Below, one piece after another: positions 44,360 to 59,329 of a stretch of DNA of 64,000 bases (its first letter is position 1; each line of letters opens with the position of its first letter). The DNA is taken from NCBI RefSeq assembly GCF_009914755.1, contig NC_060931.1; one strand, 5' to 3'. The stretch is from the human T2T-CHM13v2.0 reference genome, Homo sapiens. The notes under the pieces are model-generated. The model had not been told where the DNA came from, did not search any database, and worked only from the letters and a program-made list of their open reading frames with translations. Made by a program: the position numbers and the translations under genes.

Positions 44360-47300
44360 CCCAGCTTTTAATATCTCTAATACTTGCAACTATCCTTAAA
44401 TCTCTTTCTTCTGTTAAACCTCTACAGAAATCCTCTATCAGCCCACACTGACTGACTCTCATCTCTTTTTCTCTCTTCCCACCTTTTTGGTATTTTCATT
44501 TTCTATTCCTTAAAATGTCAGTGAGGATCCTGAGCTCCTGAGTTTTATTCCTCAAAATGTCAATGAGCTCCAGTCTGACTGCAAAGGTGGGTATTTCTCT
44601 CTTCACTATCAAAGTCTAATTATAAACCAGACTTACACTTACAGCCCCCATTGACTCTGTTGTATCCTTTCTAGGTCAGTGAGGTGGTCTTCTTGTCTTC
44701 TTCAAAAGCACAGGTTGTGCAAGCTTTTGACTCCAGGAAAACATCCTAAAGCCAAACCATGTAATCATTCATTTCACTACCAACCCAATGGCTCCAAAGC
44801 TTATCGTAGCTGTCCTGTTTCAGTGGGAAATTTTATCCATAACTCACAGTCCTATTTTTCCAAACTTGGCCATCAATTCCTTAAATTCTTAGGAGTACTG
44901 GTGGTTTCTAAGTCTAACCATAGGATAAAACCACAGTCAGGAGAGCAGAGATTTAGGTTATCACCCAATCTAGGCATGGGTGCCGCATCTCCTTCCTCCA
45001 TCCTGAATGGTATCTCGTTTCTTAAGATAGCTGACATCTTGGGAGATAAAGTTGAAAAGCCAATTTCCAATCTGCAGTTACCTAAAGGAACTTCCTAGAA
45101 GTCTTGATTTAGTGTAATCATTTAACACTAACTTTAAAAATAATCCATTTAGTAATCCAATACCAAATAGTAGATTATCACCCCAAAGGGCTACTCTTAA
45201 TCTCAGAGTAGTAACAAAATTTCCCTCTAACTTTAGTATAATATTTCAAGGACAACGAAATACAAATTTCTGTGAAATTTCCAAAGTGTAAAACACTATG
45301 AAGTTCTACTCTAATATATGTCCTAGATGATGATTTACTCCAAAAAAAAAAGTAGATGTGACATTTTACATTCCAGTACTGTAACCACAGAAAACTCAGC
45401 TGCCTCATGGAACTATAACATAATGTCTAAACATCAAAAACTAATTCGAAAGCAACTTAAGTATTAATTGAAATTTCTCAGCAATGCCAAAAGATAAATC
45501 TCTATGTAACCCAATGCAATTTCTTAAAAGCCTTTTTGTACCCTCTTGAGCATGCTTTCTCCGTGGAAGGCCTCTCAATTCAAAGCATTTTTTTTCTCTC
45601 TCTCTCCTCGCCTCTTTTAATGTGTATCTTTCTCATTTTGCAGCTGCCCCAAAGACTCTCTTTCTTCTTTCATAACTCTTAAAATCTCCCACCAAACCCA
45701 ACCCATGCTTCTTTCTCTATTCCCTCCTTTTCATCTCCTAATCTATTCATTTCCTTCTCTTATGTTTTTAGTGTAAATCAATCAAACTGATTTCAATGAT
45801 TCCTGACTCTCCCTCTCATTCATCAGTCTGATTATGGGCAGCAAAGATGTTTCTTTTTAAAGAGAAGACTAAAGTGAGAAACTCTTACTAGTCTTATATC
45901 CATATTTTTCCTGTTACATATAAAAAGCAATACCCATCATAATGGGTTGACTGGAAACTCTATGAAATTATGTATTTACATATATTTCTGACATGTAGGT
46001 TTTTTAAAGAATTTTTGGTTAAAGTAATAAAAATAGTAAGATGGAAAACAGGATACAATTTGTCCTCTCTGGATACAGCTGTTCAGTCTCCCTATCCCAT
46101 TTCCACTTAGCATCCTAAAGATCGAATGGAAATAACAGAAAAGAGAAGGATAAAAGATGGCAGAAAGGAGATTAGTAGTTTATGTGAGGAAGGAGCAAGT
46201 GGTGTGGAGAAGAATACAGTTTGACTTAGTGTGTCTGCTAGCTCCATGAGCTGAGCTGTGCATTTGCCAGGTGGTGAGGAGGGCAGAGGCAGCCACAAAG
46301 CTCCCGAACAGCTGTTCCTTTCTCTTCTTCCACTCAACATTTAGAGAGTCTGGGCAGTTTAGGGGCAGCCACTAAGGGAGCAGCAGCAGATGGCTGTCAT
46401 GCTGCAGAGGTGTACTCTAGAAGGATGAGGGGCTCCAGTTACAAAAAGCAGCTATCTTTTATGTGCCTTAAAGATATGTGCTAAAGTCTACTTGAAGGCT
46501 GTATAAAGGCACATTAATAAAAATCACCATTTTTAATTTGGTCTTTAATTCAGTTCTCTAATTTTAGTAGTATTTTACATTAGATATTAGCTATCGGACA
46601 ATTATTAAATTTAAAGAGGAAAAAAAAAGAACTTAAAAAAGACCTATTTTTCTCTTCCCATCCTGGCCTCATCCATTTGAAGCAAGGGTGATAACCTTGT
46701 TGTCATAACCCTACAAGGAAATTTTTCACATTTAACCCACATTTACTGAGAATCTACTCTGAGTGCCAGTAATAGTACCAGACTTTTTCATGGCCATTAT
46801 CTTACGTAAAGTAGGTATGAAATGGTATTTTTCTAAGTAGAGGTAAAGGATTCTACTCCTCCCACTAAAAATACAAAATAAAAGAAAAAGAAAGACACAA
46901 AAGTTAGAGAAAACAAAATATTAGAAGTTTGGTTCTGTTTAAATGTATGCAAATCCAATTAGGACTAAATTTACACTTCAAAATATGTCAAAAATTCTCT
47001 AACAGGAAAAAAGGACAAAGTTGAATTTTGTTTTCTGTTCTTTTCATGTGACTTTTTGTGACTGGTATTCTTTATACAAAATGACTATGGCTCCCATAAA
47101 TAATAACCAACAATTCTATAGTATTTTGAAGTTTTCAAAGTATTTTCACATAAAAAAATTCTTTTGATCTTTAAAAACTTTCTATAAACTAAGAATCTCT
47201 ATATAATAGGAACTTTCGATTCACATATGAGGAAAGACTTCAGTGCAGTAACATGCTGACTGGAATCAGCCTCAACACTGGAATAGTGACATTTAATAAG

Positions 47301-48573
47301 TCCATGGCAGGCAATAGACCTGACAAGTAGGCTTTGCTCTGATGCAGGCAGAACATGTCATCATTGTCCAACTAGTTTTATAAAGTTTTTATGAGAAGGG
47401 AAAAAGTAGTTGGTATTCTAGGAAAAGGAATTTTTACTTGCCTTTCTTCTAGATCGCACCAGGAGTGTCCATAATTTGTCAACTGAACTAAAGCTCAGCC
47501 CCAGTGTCTTCTAAATTTGTCCACTAACTCATTCACCTATGCAAAATTGTGGCATTTAAGGAATTAGTAAAAACTAATTAACTTAAATAAGATATTTATT
47601 TAATACTCTGTTAATCAATGTTATAGAAAAGGTTACTAAGTAAATTTTGAAATGATATATCTCCCTTAAAAGGTCCCTAAATTCCTTAAAATGAGATCAG
47701 ATAAATATTAAGGAAATATTACAGAATAAATCAGGATATTTGGTAAAAAGAAAACGTGCTTATCCCATATGAAAAAAAAAAGTTGTGGTTAGAACAAATT
47801 AGTATTTTTAAATTTTTTTCAGTAAGTTATAAATTAAATACATGCCTATTCACTAATAATTCAAATGGCCAAAGAGCACTGTTAAATGATGGTTTTCTCT
47901 GAGGGCCATCTTTTTATAGACATTGATACAGTTAATCTTCCTAATGTCCAGCTGGCATCAGGTTATTTCCTTAGAGTAGTGACTGATAATAGTTATCGGA
48001 TAAAAGCCATGTTCCAAGTTGAAATCCAAACTCCAAAATTTTCTTTTTAAATAGGACTTCTATGATTTCTCTTCTTAGTCCCTCTGTTTTTCATGAAAAT
48101 TCCAAGACTCCCTCTTTTTGCCTTTGTGCAATCCATTCTCTACCCCTGGTATTCCCTATCTTCATGTCCCTTGTCCAGAATAGTCTAGATACATCTAGCT
48201 TAAATGTGATCTTCTTCTTAAGGCTTTCTTCTTTTTCCTAAAATCTCTTTCTTCTGCATTCTCGTCTACTTAAGATTGATCATGAGCTCCACCATCTCCT
48301 GGTCTCCCATATCCAATCAGTCATCAACTTCTGCCTGATTTCCATTTATCGGTATTCCTGAAAGCACGAACATTGGCATCAGATATATATGCTTTTGAAT
48401 TTTAGCTATGTCTCCACTAGCTGAATGAACTTAAATAAGCAACTTATTGTTAATCATAGTTTCCTCTTCTATAAAATGGTCATTCAAAGAGTACCTAATT
48501 CACAGAATTATAGTAAAGATCAAACGAGTTAATAAATATGTAATTCAACTTAGATGGAAAATTCAATGGAAGC

Positions 48574-48868
48574 CAACATTTCTCAAAGTAGGTTTAAGGA
48601 ATATTGGTTCCATAAATATTCTTCAAATAAAAAGGAATTCGTAGTTAAAACAACTTATTAAAAAGTATACCTAATACCCACTTCTCTGTCAGTCATGAAG
48701 TATATTAGCACATTAAAGTCTCCAAGAGGTCTTAAAAAAATAGAAAAAAAAAACAATTATCCTAACATTCCCTAAACTTATTTGACCAGGAAGCCTTTTT
48801 ATGCATATATAGTAGCTACTTAAAAGCCTGCAGAACCAGTGTTCTGAGGAAGGCTTTGAGAAAATGCT
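48574..48868. mobile_element. Old hAT-Charlie-type MITE relic
   Basis: Inverted ends catttctcaaag (~48577) and ctttgagaaaatg (~48854-48866). Family not resolved. Confidence 0.5.
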
Positions 48869-50850
48869 TACCTGGACAAGAACCACAGCTATCATCTTGA
48901 AAGTTATTTCAGCCTTAGGTTTTCAAGTTTTAGAAAAAAATAAAAAATAAAAAATAAAAACATTGTGAAAGAGACCATCTCCTAATGTTCAGAGTCATTA
49001 GAAATTCTCAGAAAATGAATAAAATTCTGCCCTTTGGGAAGATATGCCCAAAAGGGTAGCAGAATGGTATTAGCTTTCCAAGGCCAATTACTTCTTAACA
49101 ATCTCTTAAAGGATATGAAAAAGTTCTATTTTTCATGGAATGCCCAGTAATTGCTTATCCAGCTGGTAGCAGATGCAAAACTTCATCTCAGGAGGAAAGC
49201 TTAACGTACAAATTTGTGAAGACCTGATAAAGAGTGAGAAGAACTCTCAGGAGTCTCAGGAAATGAATAAGTTCATGCCTGTGATGAAGACAGAATTGAG
49301 ACGTGATCACTATACCTGAGGTCTAATACATCTACCTTCAAACATAAAACTGTTTACTGTATACAAATAAAAGGGCAATACAGGTACACCTCACATTACG
49401 GTGCTTTTTTTTATTGTACTTCACTGATAGCATGTTTTTTTGCAAGTTGAATGCCGAGCAAGTCTCTCAGCACCATTTTTCAAACAGCATGTACCCACTT
49501 CATGTCTCTGTGTCACATTTTGGTAATTCTTACATTTCAAGCTTTTTCATTATTATTATATCTGTTTTGGTGATCTGTGGTCCATGATCTGTTTTGTTAC
49601 TATTGTAATTGTTTTGGAGTGCAACAGAACTACACCTATATAAGTCAACACAGATAACTGATAAATGTTGTGTGTTCTGACTGCTCAATGAACCCCCTGT
49701 TCCCCCATCTCTATACCTCTCTTTGGGCCTTGATATTCCCTAAGAAACAGTAATATTGAAATTAGGCCAACTACCAACACTACAATGGCTTCTAATTGTT
49801 CAAGTGAAAGACATATCTAACTTTAAATCACAAGCTAGAAATGATAATATTTAGTGAGGAAGGTATATCAAAAGCTGAGACAGATAAAAATTAGGCCTCT
49901 TCCACCAAATAGTTAACCAAGTTGTAAATGCAAAGAAAAGTTATTGAAGAAAATAAAAAGTTCTACTCCAGGAACACATAAATAATAAGAAAGTAAAACA
50001 GCCTTATTGCTGATATGGAGAAAGTTTTAGTGGTCTGGATAGAAGATCAAACCATCCACAACATTCCCTTAAACCAAAGCCTAATCCAAAGCAAGGTCCT
50101 AATTCTTTTAAGTCTATGAAAGCTGGCAGAGGTGAAGAAGCTGCATAAGAAAAGCTCGAAGATAGCAGAGGTTTGTTCATGAGATTTAAGGAACAAAGCA
50201 ACCTCTATAACATAAAAGGGCAAGGTGATGTAGCAAGTACTCATATGGGAGCTAAAGCAAGTTATCCAGGCAATCTAGATAAGATAATGAATGAAGGTGT
50301 CTACAACAATCAATAGATTTTAAATGGAGAAGAAACAGCCTTCTATTGGAAGAAGGGGCCATCTAAGACTTCCATTGCTAGAAAGAAGTCAATGCCTGGC
50401 TTCAAGCTTCAAAGGAGAATCTGACTCTCTTATTAGGGCCTAATGAAGCAGGTGACTTTAAATCGAATCCAATGCTCATTGAACATTCTGAAAAACCTAG
50501 GGCCCTTTAGAATTATGCTAAATCTAGTTGGCCTGTGTTGCATAAATGGAAGTACAAAGCCTGTTACCCAGGTTCTCACTCAGGCTTTGTAGTTTCAGGT
50601 ATGTTGGTTTACAACATGGTTTACTGAATATTTTAAACATATCATTGGGATGAACTTCTCATAAAAAAAGATTCCCTTTAAAATATTACTGGTCTTTGAC
50701 AAGGTACTTAGTCACCCCAAAGCTCCAGTGGAGATATATAGAGAGATCAATGTTGTTTTCATGCCTGAATATACAACATCCAATCTGTAGGCCAAATATC
50801 AAGGAGTAATATTGAATTTCATGTCTTATTACTTAAGAAATGCACTTCTT

Positions 50851-51184
50851 GCCAGGAGTGGTGGCTCATGCCTGTAGTCCCAGCACTTTGGGAGGCTAAG
50901 GCGGGTGGATGACCTGAGGTCAGGAGTTTGAGACCAGCCTGGCCAACATGGTGAAACCCCATCTCTACTAAAAATACAAAAATTAGCTGAGTGTGGTCAT
51001 GGGCGCCTGTAGTCCCAGCTACTTGGAAGGCTGAGGCAGGAAAATTGCTTGAACCCGGGAAAGGAGGTTGCAGCAAGCCAAGATTGTACCATTGCACTCC
51101 CAGCCCGGGTGACAGGAGTGAAACTCTGTCTCACACACACACACACATAAAATAATAAAAATAAAAAAATAAGAAAGAAAAGAA
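50851..51184 (+). mobile_element. AluSx-like inside Tigger1, with (CA)n in the tail
   Basis: Alu dimer; (CA)8 at 51132-51147; degenerate TSD aagaaatgcacttctt / aagtaatacatttctt. Confidence 0.9.
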
Positions 51185-52005
51185 AAGTAATACATTTCTT
51201 AATGCTGTAGCTGCCATACTGATTCCTCTGACAGGTCTGGAGAAAATACATTGAAAACTTCCTGGAAAGGCTTCACCATTCTAGATGCCATTGAGAACAT
51301 TCAAGATTCATTAAAAGAGGTCAAAATATAAATATTAACAAGAGTTTGGAAGAAGTTGATTCCACTCTCATGGATGACTTTGAGGTGTTTAATCTTCAGT
51401 GGAGGAAGTAACTGTAGAAGTGATAGAAATACCAAGAGAACTAGATTAGAATTGGAGCCTGAAGATGTGACTGAATTGCTACAATCTCATGATAAAACTT
51501 GAACAGATGAGTAACTGCTTCCTATGAATGAGCAAAAAAAGTGGTTTCTTGAGACAGAATCTACTCCTGCTGACGATTTGGTGAACATTGTTGAAATGAC
51601 AACAAAGGATTTCAAATATTACATAAACACAGTTGATAAAGCAGCAATACAGTTTGAGATTCATTCCAATTTCAAAGTAAGTTCTACAGTAGGTAAAATG
51701 TTACCAAACAGTATCATATGCTGCAGATAAATCTTTCACGAAAGAGTCCATTTATATGGCAAACTCAATGTTGTCTTATTTTTTAAAATTGCCACAGCCT
51801 CCCCAACCTTCAGCAACTGTCACCCTAATTATTAGCAGCCATCAACACAGAGGCAAGACCCTCTACCAACAAAAAGATTATGACTCAGTGAAGACTCAGA
51901 TAATTAGCACTTTTTAACAATTATTATTTCAAAATTAAGATACGTGTTTTTTTAGATATATTGCCATGGCACACTTAATAGACTAGAGTATACTGTAAAG
52001 ATAAC

Positions 52006-52197
52006 TTTTTTTTTTATTTTTTGAGACAGAGTCTCACACCATAACCCAGGCTGGAGTGCAGTGGTGCAATCTGGGCTCATTGCAACCTCCATCTCCTGGG
52101 TTCAAGCCATTCTCCTGCCTCAGCCTCCTGAGTACCTAGAATTACAGGCACACGCCACCATGCCCGACTAATTTTGGTATTTTTAGTGGAGACAGGG
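52006..52197 (-). mobile_element. Truncated AluS (right arm and linker only) inside Tigger1
   Basis: polyT + gagacagagtctc ... tttttagtggagacaggg, then abrupt return to Tigger1 sequence. Confidence 0.88.
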
Positions 52198-53307
52198 ACT
52201 CACCTTAATGTGCATGTCTGACACTAACCTGTAATATCTCTGAGGTATGCCTATAAATGTTTGTTGACCGATTGTCTCAATGTTACAAGCTGAATGTAAC
52301 CAAATTTTAGATGGCACAGCAGAAATTCCGAAATCATTTAATTTTCTTTTCATGAGAAGCAAAATAAGACTACCTTACATTTATAGCTCATTTGTGGTCT
52401 GCTCTTCTATAAACCATAAAAACTCCTAACTTTACAAACATAGAACTTAACTCTTCTTTCATCTTCATCAAAAAGTGCTTTTCAAACAATTAGCATTTCC
52501 CAAATAACGTTTGTCGTTTCCGCTTAGGCCTGTTTTAGTCTACCTAATAGAATAAATTTAGCTTCCCTGTAGCAGAGCCCTATTTTTAAAAGCATCTTTT
52601 AATACATGCTGCTGTGAGAGCAAAAAAAAAAATCATAGTCATTTTTAATAATTTTTACATGTTTATTAAAACAATGGTAAGCAAAATAAGTGGTTATTAT
52701 ATGCTCTCATGTTAGTCTTAGTATTCATAAGCTAAAAGCACTCATCCTTCTTTAAAATAAATAACCCAATTGAAAATAAAATGTTATTAATCATATAAAG
52801 AAGATCTCTGAATTCTTAAACACTGTGAATTCTTAAACACTGTGAGTATAGCATCGCTTCTATTTATACAAATAAATGAAACCACAAACTTATTAGAGTA
52901 CCTTTTAACTATAAAAATAAATAGATAAGCAGAAAAATACATTCTAACCTAATTTTCAATATCTGAAATAAATAATTAGAGAATATATAAGGAAGAAATT
53001 TTGGTGAATAACTGTAGCAAATTCCTAATTCTATGAATATGGAAATTGAGGCACTACATATTAAACAATAAGGCATAAACCCATCTGAGGATTAGTGAGA
53101 ATTAAAAACACATCTCCTAATTTCCAGTTATGCTTTTCGTATCATCACAATCTTCATAAGGTTTGTCCATTAAGTTCATTTGTGCCTTAAACAACACGAA
53201 ATCCACCCGTTACACATTTTATGGATACTATTTATAAAAATCAGCCAATTCTTCAATAAACTAACATTAGAAACAGGATAATTAGTTGCCTAAGTTTAAA
53301 AAATTGA

Positions 53308-55620
<2,313 letters not shown>

Positions 55621-56094
55621 GTAATGTGAAGTATGAAAAATAATATCTGAAGAGTTTACTAAATTTATGTAATTAAAAATCCCAAGATTAAAAAAAAAAA
55701 AAGAAAAAGAAAGAACAGTCACTAAGTTTAAAGTATGTTCTTAGTAGGGGATTTATATAGCATATGACAACTGCAGTCTCCTCTGATTCCCTTCAGAAAA
55801 ATCTCACAAAGATGTTGGGTCAGCAGTCTCAAGGACAATGTAATGGCTTCATCTAGAACTCATATCTGATTTTTGAATCTAATGAAATAACCTGAATGTA
55901 AAAAAACATATGTACCCATGGCTCTGACAGCTAGAAAAGCAGTCAAATGAGAACTAGTTACAGGCAAGTCTAGAAGAGTATTAGAATAACTTAAGAAAGA
56001 CAGAGCAGAGACAACTTTAATGAAGTCTTGGATACTCAGTAAGAGTTTGGTTCTAGTGCCATAGACAGTATAATGTTGATAGAAAGTTGAAAGT

Positions 56095-56376
56095 GTTTTG
56101 ATTTGCCTTTCTCTGATGATTACCTGTTGGTGGGGATATAAATTATTTCACCCAGTGTGAAAAGCAGTTTGCAGAATTCTCAAAGAACTAAGAGTTGAAC
56201 TACCATTCGACCCAGCAATCTCATTACTGGACATATGCCCAAAGGAAAATAAATCATTCTACCAAAAAGACATATGCACTCATATGCATATCACAGAGCT
56301 ATTCACAAAAGCAAAGACGTGACATCAACCCAGATGCCCATCAGTGGTGAACTGGATAAAGAAAATGTGACACATA
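56095..56376 (+). mobile_element. Older L1PA (L1PA15/16-like) fragment with a 28-nt inverted 5' piece, lacking its 3' end
   Basis: gttttgatttgcctttctctgatgatta (antisense L1) joined to ctgttggtggg...gaactaccattcgacccagcaatc...ggataaagaaaatgtg. Confidence 0.8.
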
Positions 56377-56384
56377 GGATTTAT

Positions 56385-59329
56385 GGGGGAAAATGGCAGA
56401 TGGGAGGCAGGACTAAATTGCAGCTCCCACTCAGACAGGCAGAGCAGCATGTGGAGATACATCATGAACTTTTCCTGAAAGAACTACTGGAGGAACATAC
56501 CAGGAAAGCCAAAAGAATCCACAGACCCTTTGAAGGAAGCAGATTGCTCCTGCAGGACCCAGGAGACAGCCCAAATACTATGAGTGCCCAAAGTATGAAA
56601 GTGGGAAAGGGTGAACACACACCCTCACTGGGGAACTCGAAGGTCCAGGTTATGGGAGAAGGATTTGACCCTACCTAGAACTGAGACAATTTAGAGAGCC
56701 AAGTGAAATACAGGAGTAGAGGAAGTGCCAGAAGAGCCCTGTGGGCTCTCTCGGTCCCCAGGGAAGCCATTTCTGACTTTGTCTCACAGGGATCCTTGGG
56801 GAGGGTTGCCAGTGGAACTGGGAAAAGACCACAGATAAAAAGAAACCTCAAGCTGAACTTTGTAACAATTCCAACCAAACATGCAAAATTTCTTGGACAG
56901 AACTTGGGGGAGAGAGTGAATCCAGAGTGCAGACACAGGCAGGCAAGGAGGTATGAAACCTGAAAGTCCTGCTTGCTTTCTCAGCTGGGAGGCTGGTAGC
57001 CTGGGGCAAGTTCTTAGCCCTGCTTGCCCACTGCCTAAAAACAAACTCAGTGCTATTGCGGGGAGGCACAGTGAGAGTGAGACTGGCCTTTTGGATTGCA
57101 TGGGAGCCGGGTGAAGCCTGTAACTGTCGGCTGTCCCCCACTTCCCTGGCAACCTACATGACACAGCAGAGGCAGCCATAAGCCTACTGGTAACGTAACT
57201 CCATTGACCCGGGAACCACAAACCCATCCCCCACAGCAGCTGCAGCAAGCCCTGCCCAAGGAGAATCAGCTCAGACATGTCTAACCCTGCCCCAACTTGA
57301 TGGTATTTCTCTACCCACCCTGGTAGCTGAAGACAAAGATCAGATTCTCTTGGGAGTTCTAGGGCTCCAGCCACTGCCTGATCTTCCCTATACTACCACG
57401 GCTCATGCTCTCTTGAAAGTGCCACCTCCTGGCAAGAGGCCAATCAGCACAAAACTAGTGCAATAAACAACAATAATACAACTACGGGCCCTCACAGAAT
57501 GCATTTCACTCCCCTGCCACCTCCACTGGAGCAGGTGCTGCTATCCATGACTAAGAGACCGAAAGATGGTTCACATCACAGAACTCTGTGCAGACACCCC
57601 CTAGTAGGTAAGTACTACATCAAGGGAGCACCCCATGGGACAAAACAGTCTGAACAGAAGCCCTTGAGCCCCAGATCTTCCCTCTGACATAGCCTACACA
57701 AATGTAAAAGAACCAGAAAATCACTTCTGGTAATGACAAAACAAGGTTGTTTAGCGCCCTCAAAATATCACACTAGCTCACCAGTAATGGATCCAAAGCA
57801 TGAAGAAAGTCTTGATATACCAGAAAAAGAATTCAGAAGGCCAATTATTAAGCTAATTAAGGAGGCAGCAGAGAAAGGTGAAGTCCAATTTCATGAAATA
57901 AAAAAAAAATGATAGACGGTATAAGGGAAAAATCTTCAGTGAAATTGATAGCATAAATAAAAATATCACAATTTCTGGAAATCAAGGACACATTTATAGA
58001 AAAGCAAAATGCACTGAAAGTCTCAGCAATAGAATTGAACAAGCAGAAGAAAGAACTTCAGAGCTCAAAGACAAGGTTTTTGAAATAATCCAATTCAACA
58101 AAGACAAAGAAAAAAAGAATTTAAAAAAATGAACAAAGCCTGCAAGAAGTTTGGGATTATGTTAAATGACCAAACCTAAGAATAATTGGTATTCCTGAAG
58201 AAATCTAAAGGTTTGGAAAACATATATGGGAGAATAATCGAGGAAAACTTCCCCAGTCTTGATAGAGATCTAGACATTCAAATACAAGAAGCTCAAAGAA
58301 CACCTGGGAAATTCATCATAAAAAGATTATCACCTATACACATTGTCATCAGGTTGTCTACAGTTAAGATGAAGGAAGAATCTTAAAAGCTGTGAGGCAA
58401 AAGTGCCATGTAACCTGTAAAGGAAAACCTATCAGATTAACAGCAGTTTTCTCAGCAGAAACCCTCCACACTAGAAGAGATTGGGGCCCTATCTTCAGCC
58501 TACTTAAACAAAACAATTATCAGCCAATAATTTTGTATCCAGTGAAACTAAGCTTAATAAATAAAGGAAAGATACAATATTTTTCAACAAACAAATGCTG
58601 AGAGAATATACCACTACCAAGCCAGCACTGTAAGAACTACTAAAAGGTGCTCTAAATCTTGAAACAAATCCTTGAAATTCATCAAAACAGAACATCCTTA
58701 AAGCATAAATTTCACAGGACCAATAAAACAACAACACCATAAATTTTTTTTTTAAAAAAAGGTATTTAGGCAACAAATAGCACAATGAATAGCACCTCAC
58801 ATCTCAATACCAACATTGAATGTAAATGACTTAAAAACTCCACTTAAGAGATACAGAATGGCAGAATGGATAATAATTCACCAACTAAGTATCTGCTGCC
58901 TTCAAGAGACTCACCTAAAACATAAGAACTCACATAAGCTTAAGATAAAGAGGTGGAAAAAGACATTCCATGTAAATGGAAACCAAAAGAGAGCAGATAG
59001 TCATTCTTACATCAGACAAAACAAACTTTAAAGCAACAGCAGTTAAAAAAGACAAAGAGGGACATAATACAATGATAAGAGGCCTTGTATAACAGAAAAG
59101 TATCACAATCCTAAATATATATACACCTAACACTGGAGCTTCCAAATTTATAAAATGATTACTACTAGACCTAAGAAATGAGATAGACAGCAACACATTA
59201 ATAGTGGGGGACTTCAATACTCCACTGACAGCATTAGAGAGGTCATCAAGACAGAAAGTCAACAAAGAAACAATGGATTTAAACTATACCCTAGAACAAA
59301 TGGACTTAACAGATATTTACAGAACATTC
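56385..59329 (+). mobile_element. LINE-1 5' half (L1PB/L1PBa-like): 5'UTR, decayed ORF1, ORF2 endonuclease
   Basis: 5' end atggcagatgggaggcaggactaaattgcagctcccactc; ORF1 fragments (IIEENFPSLDRDLDIQIQEAQRTP; GKPIRLT...SAETL); EN fragments (ICCLQETHL; GDFNTPL). Confidence 0.88.

Larger units (their letters stand above)
49381..52253 (+). mobile_element. Near full-length Tigger1 DNA transposon (pogo-like transposase pseudogene) interrupted by two Alus
   Basis: TA-flanked TIRs ta|caggtacacctca ... tgaggtatgccta|ta; transposase start atggcttctaattgttcaagtgaaag at 49785; ORF 51524..51730 ([15 protein letters not shown]...) is Tigger1-like. Reading frame disrupted. Confidence 0.92.

Noticed and set aside
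56784-57374. 196-aa minus-strand ORF
   Set aside because: Lies antisense within the GC-richer L1 5'UTR; no domain or splice support, and not recognisable as ORF0.
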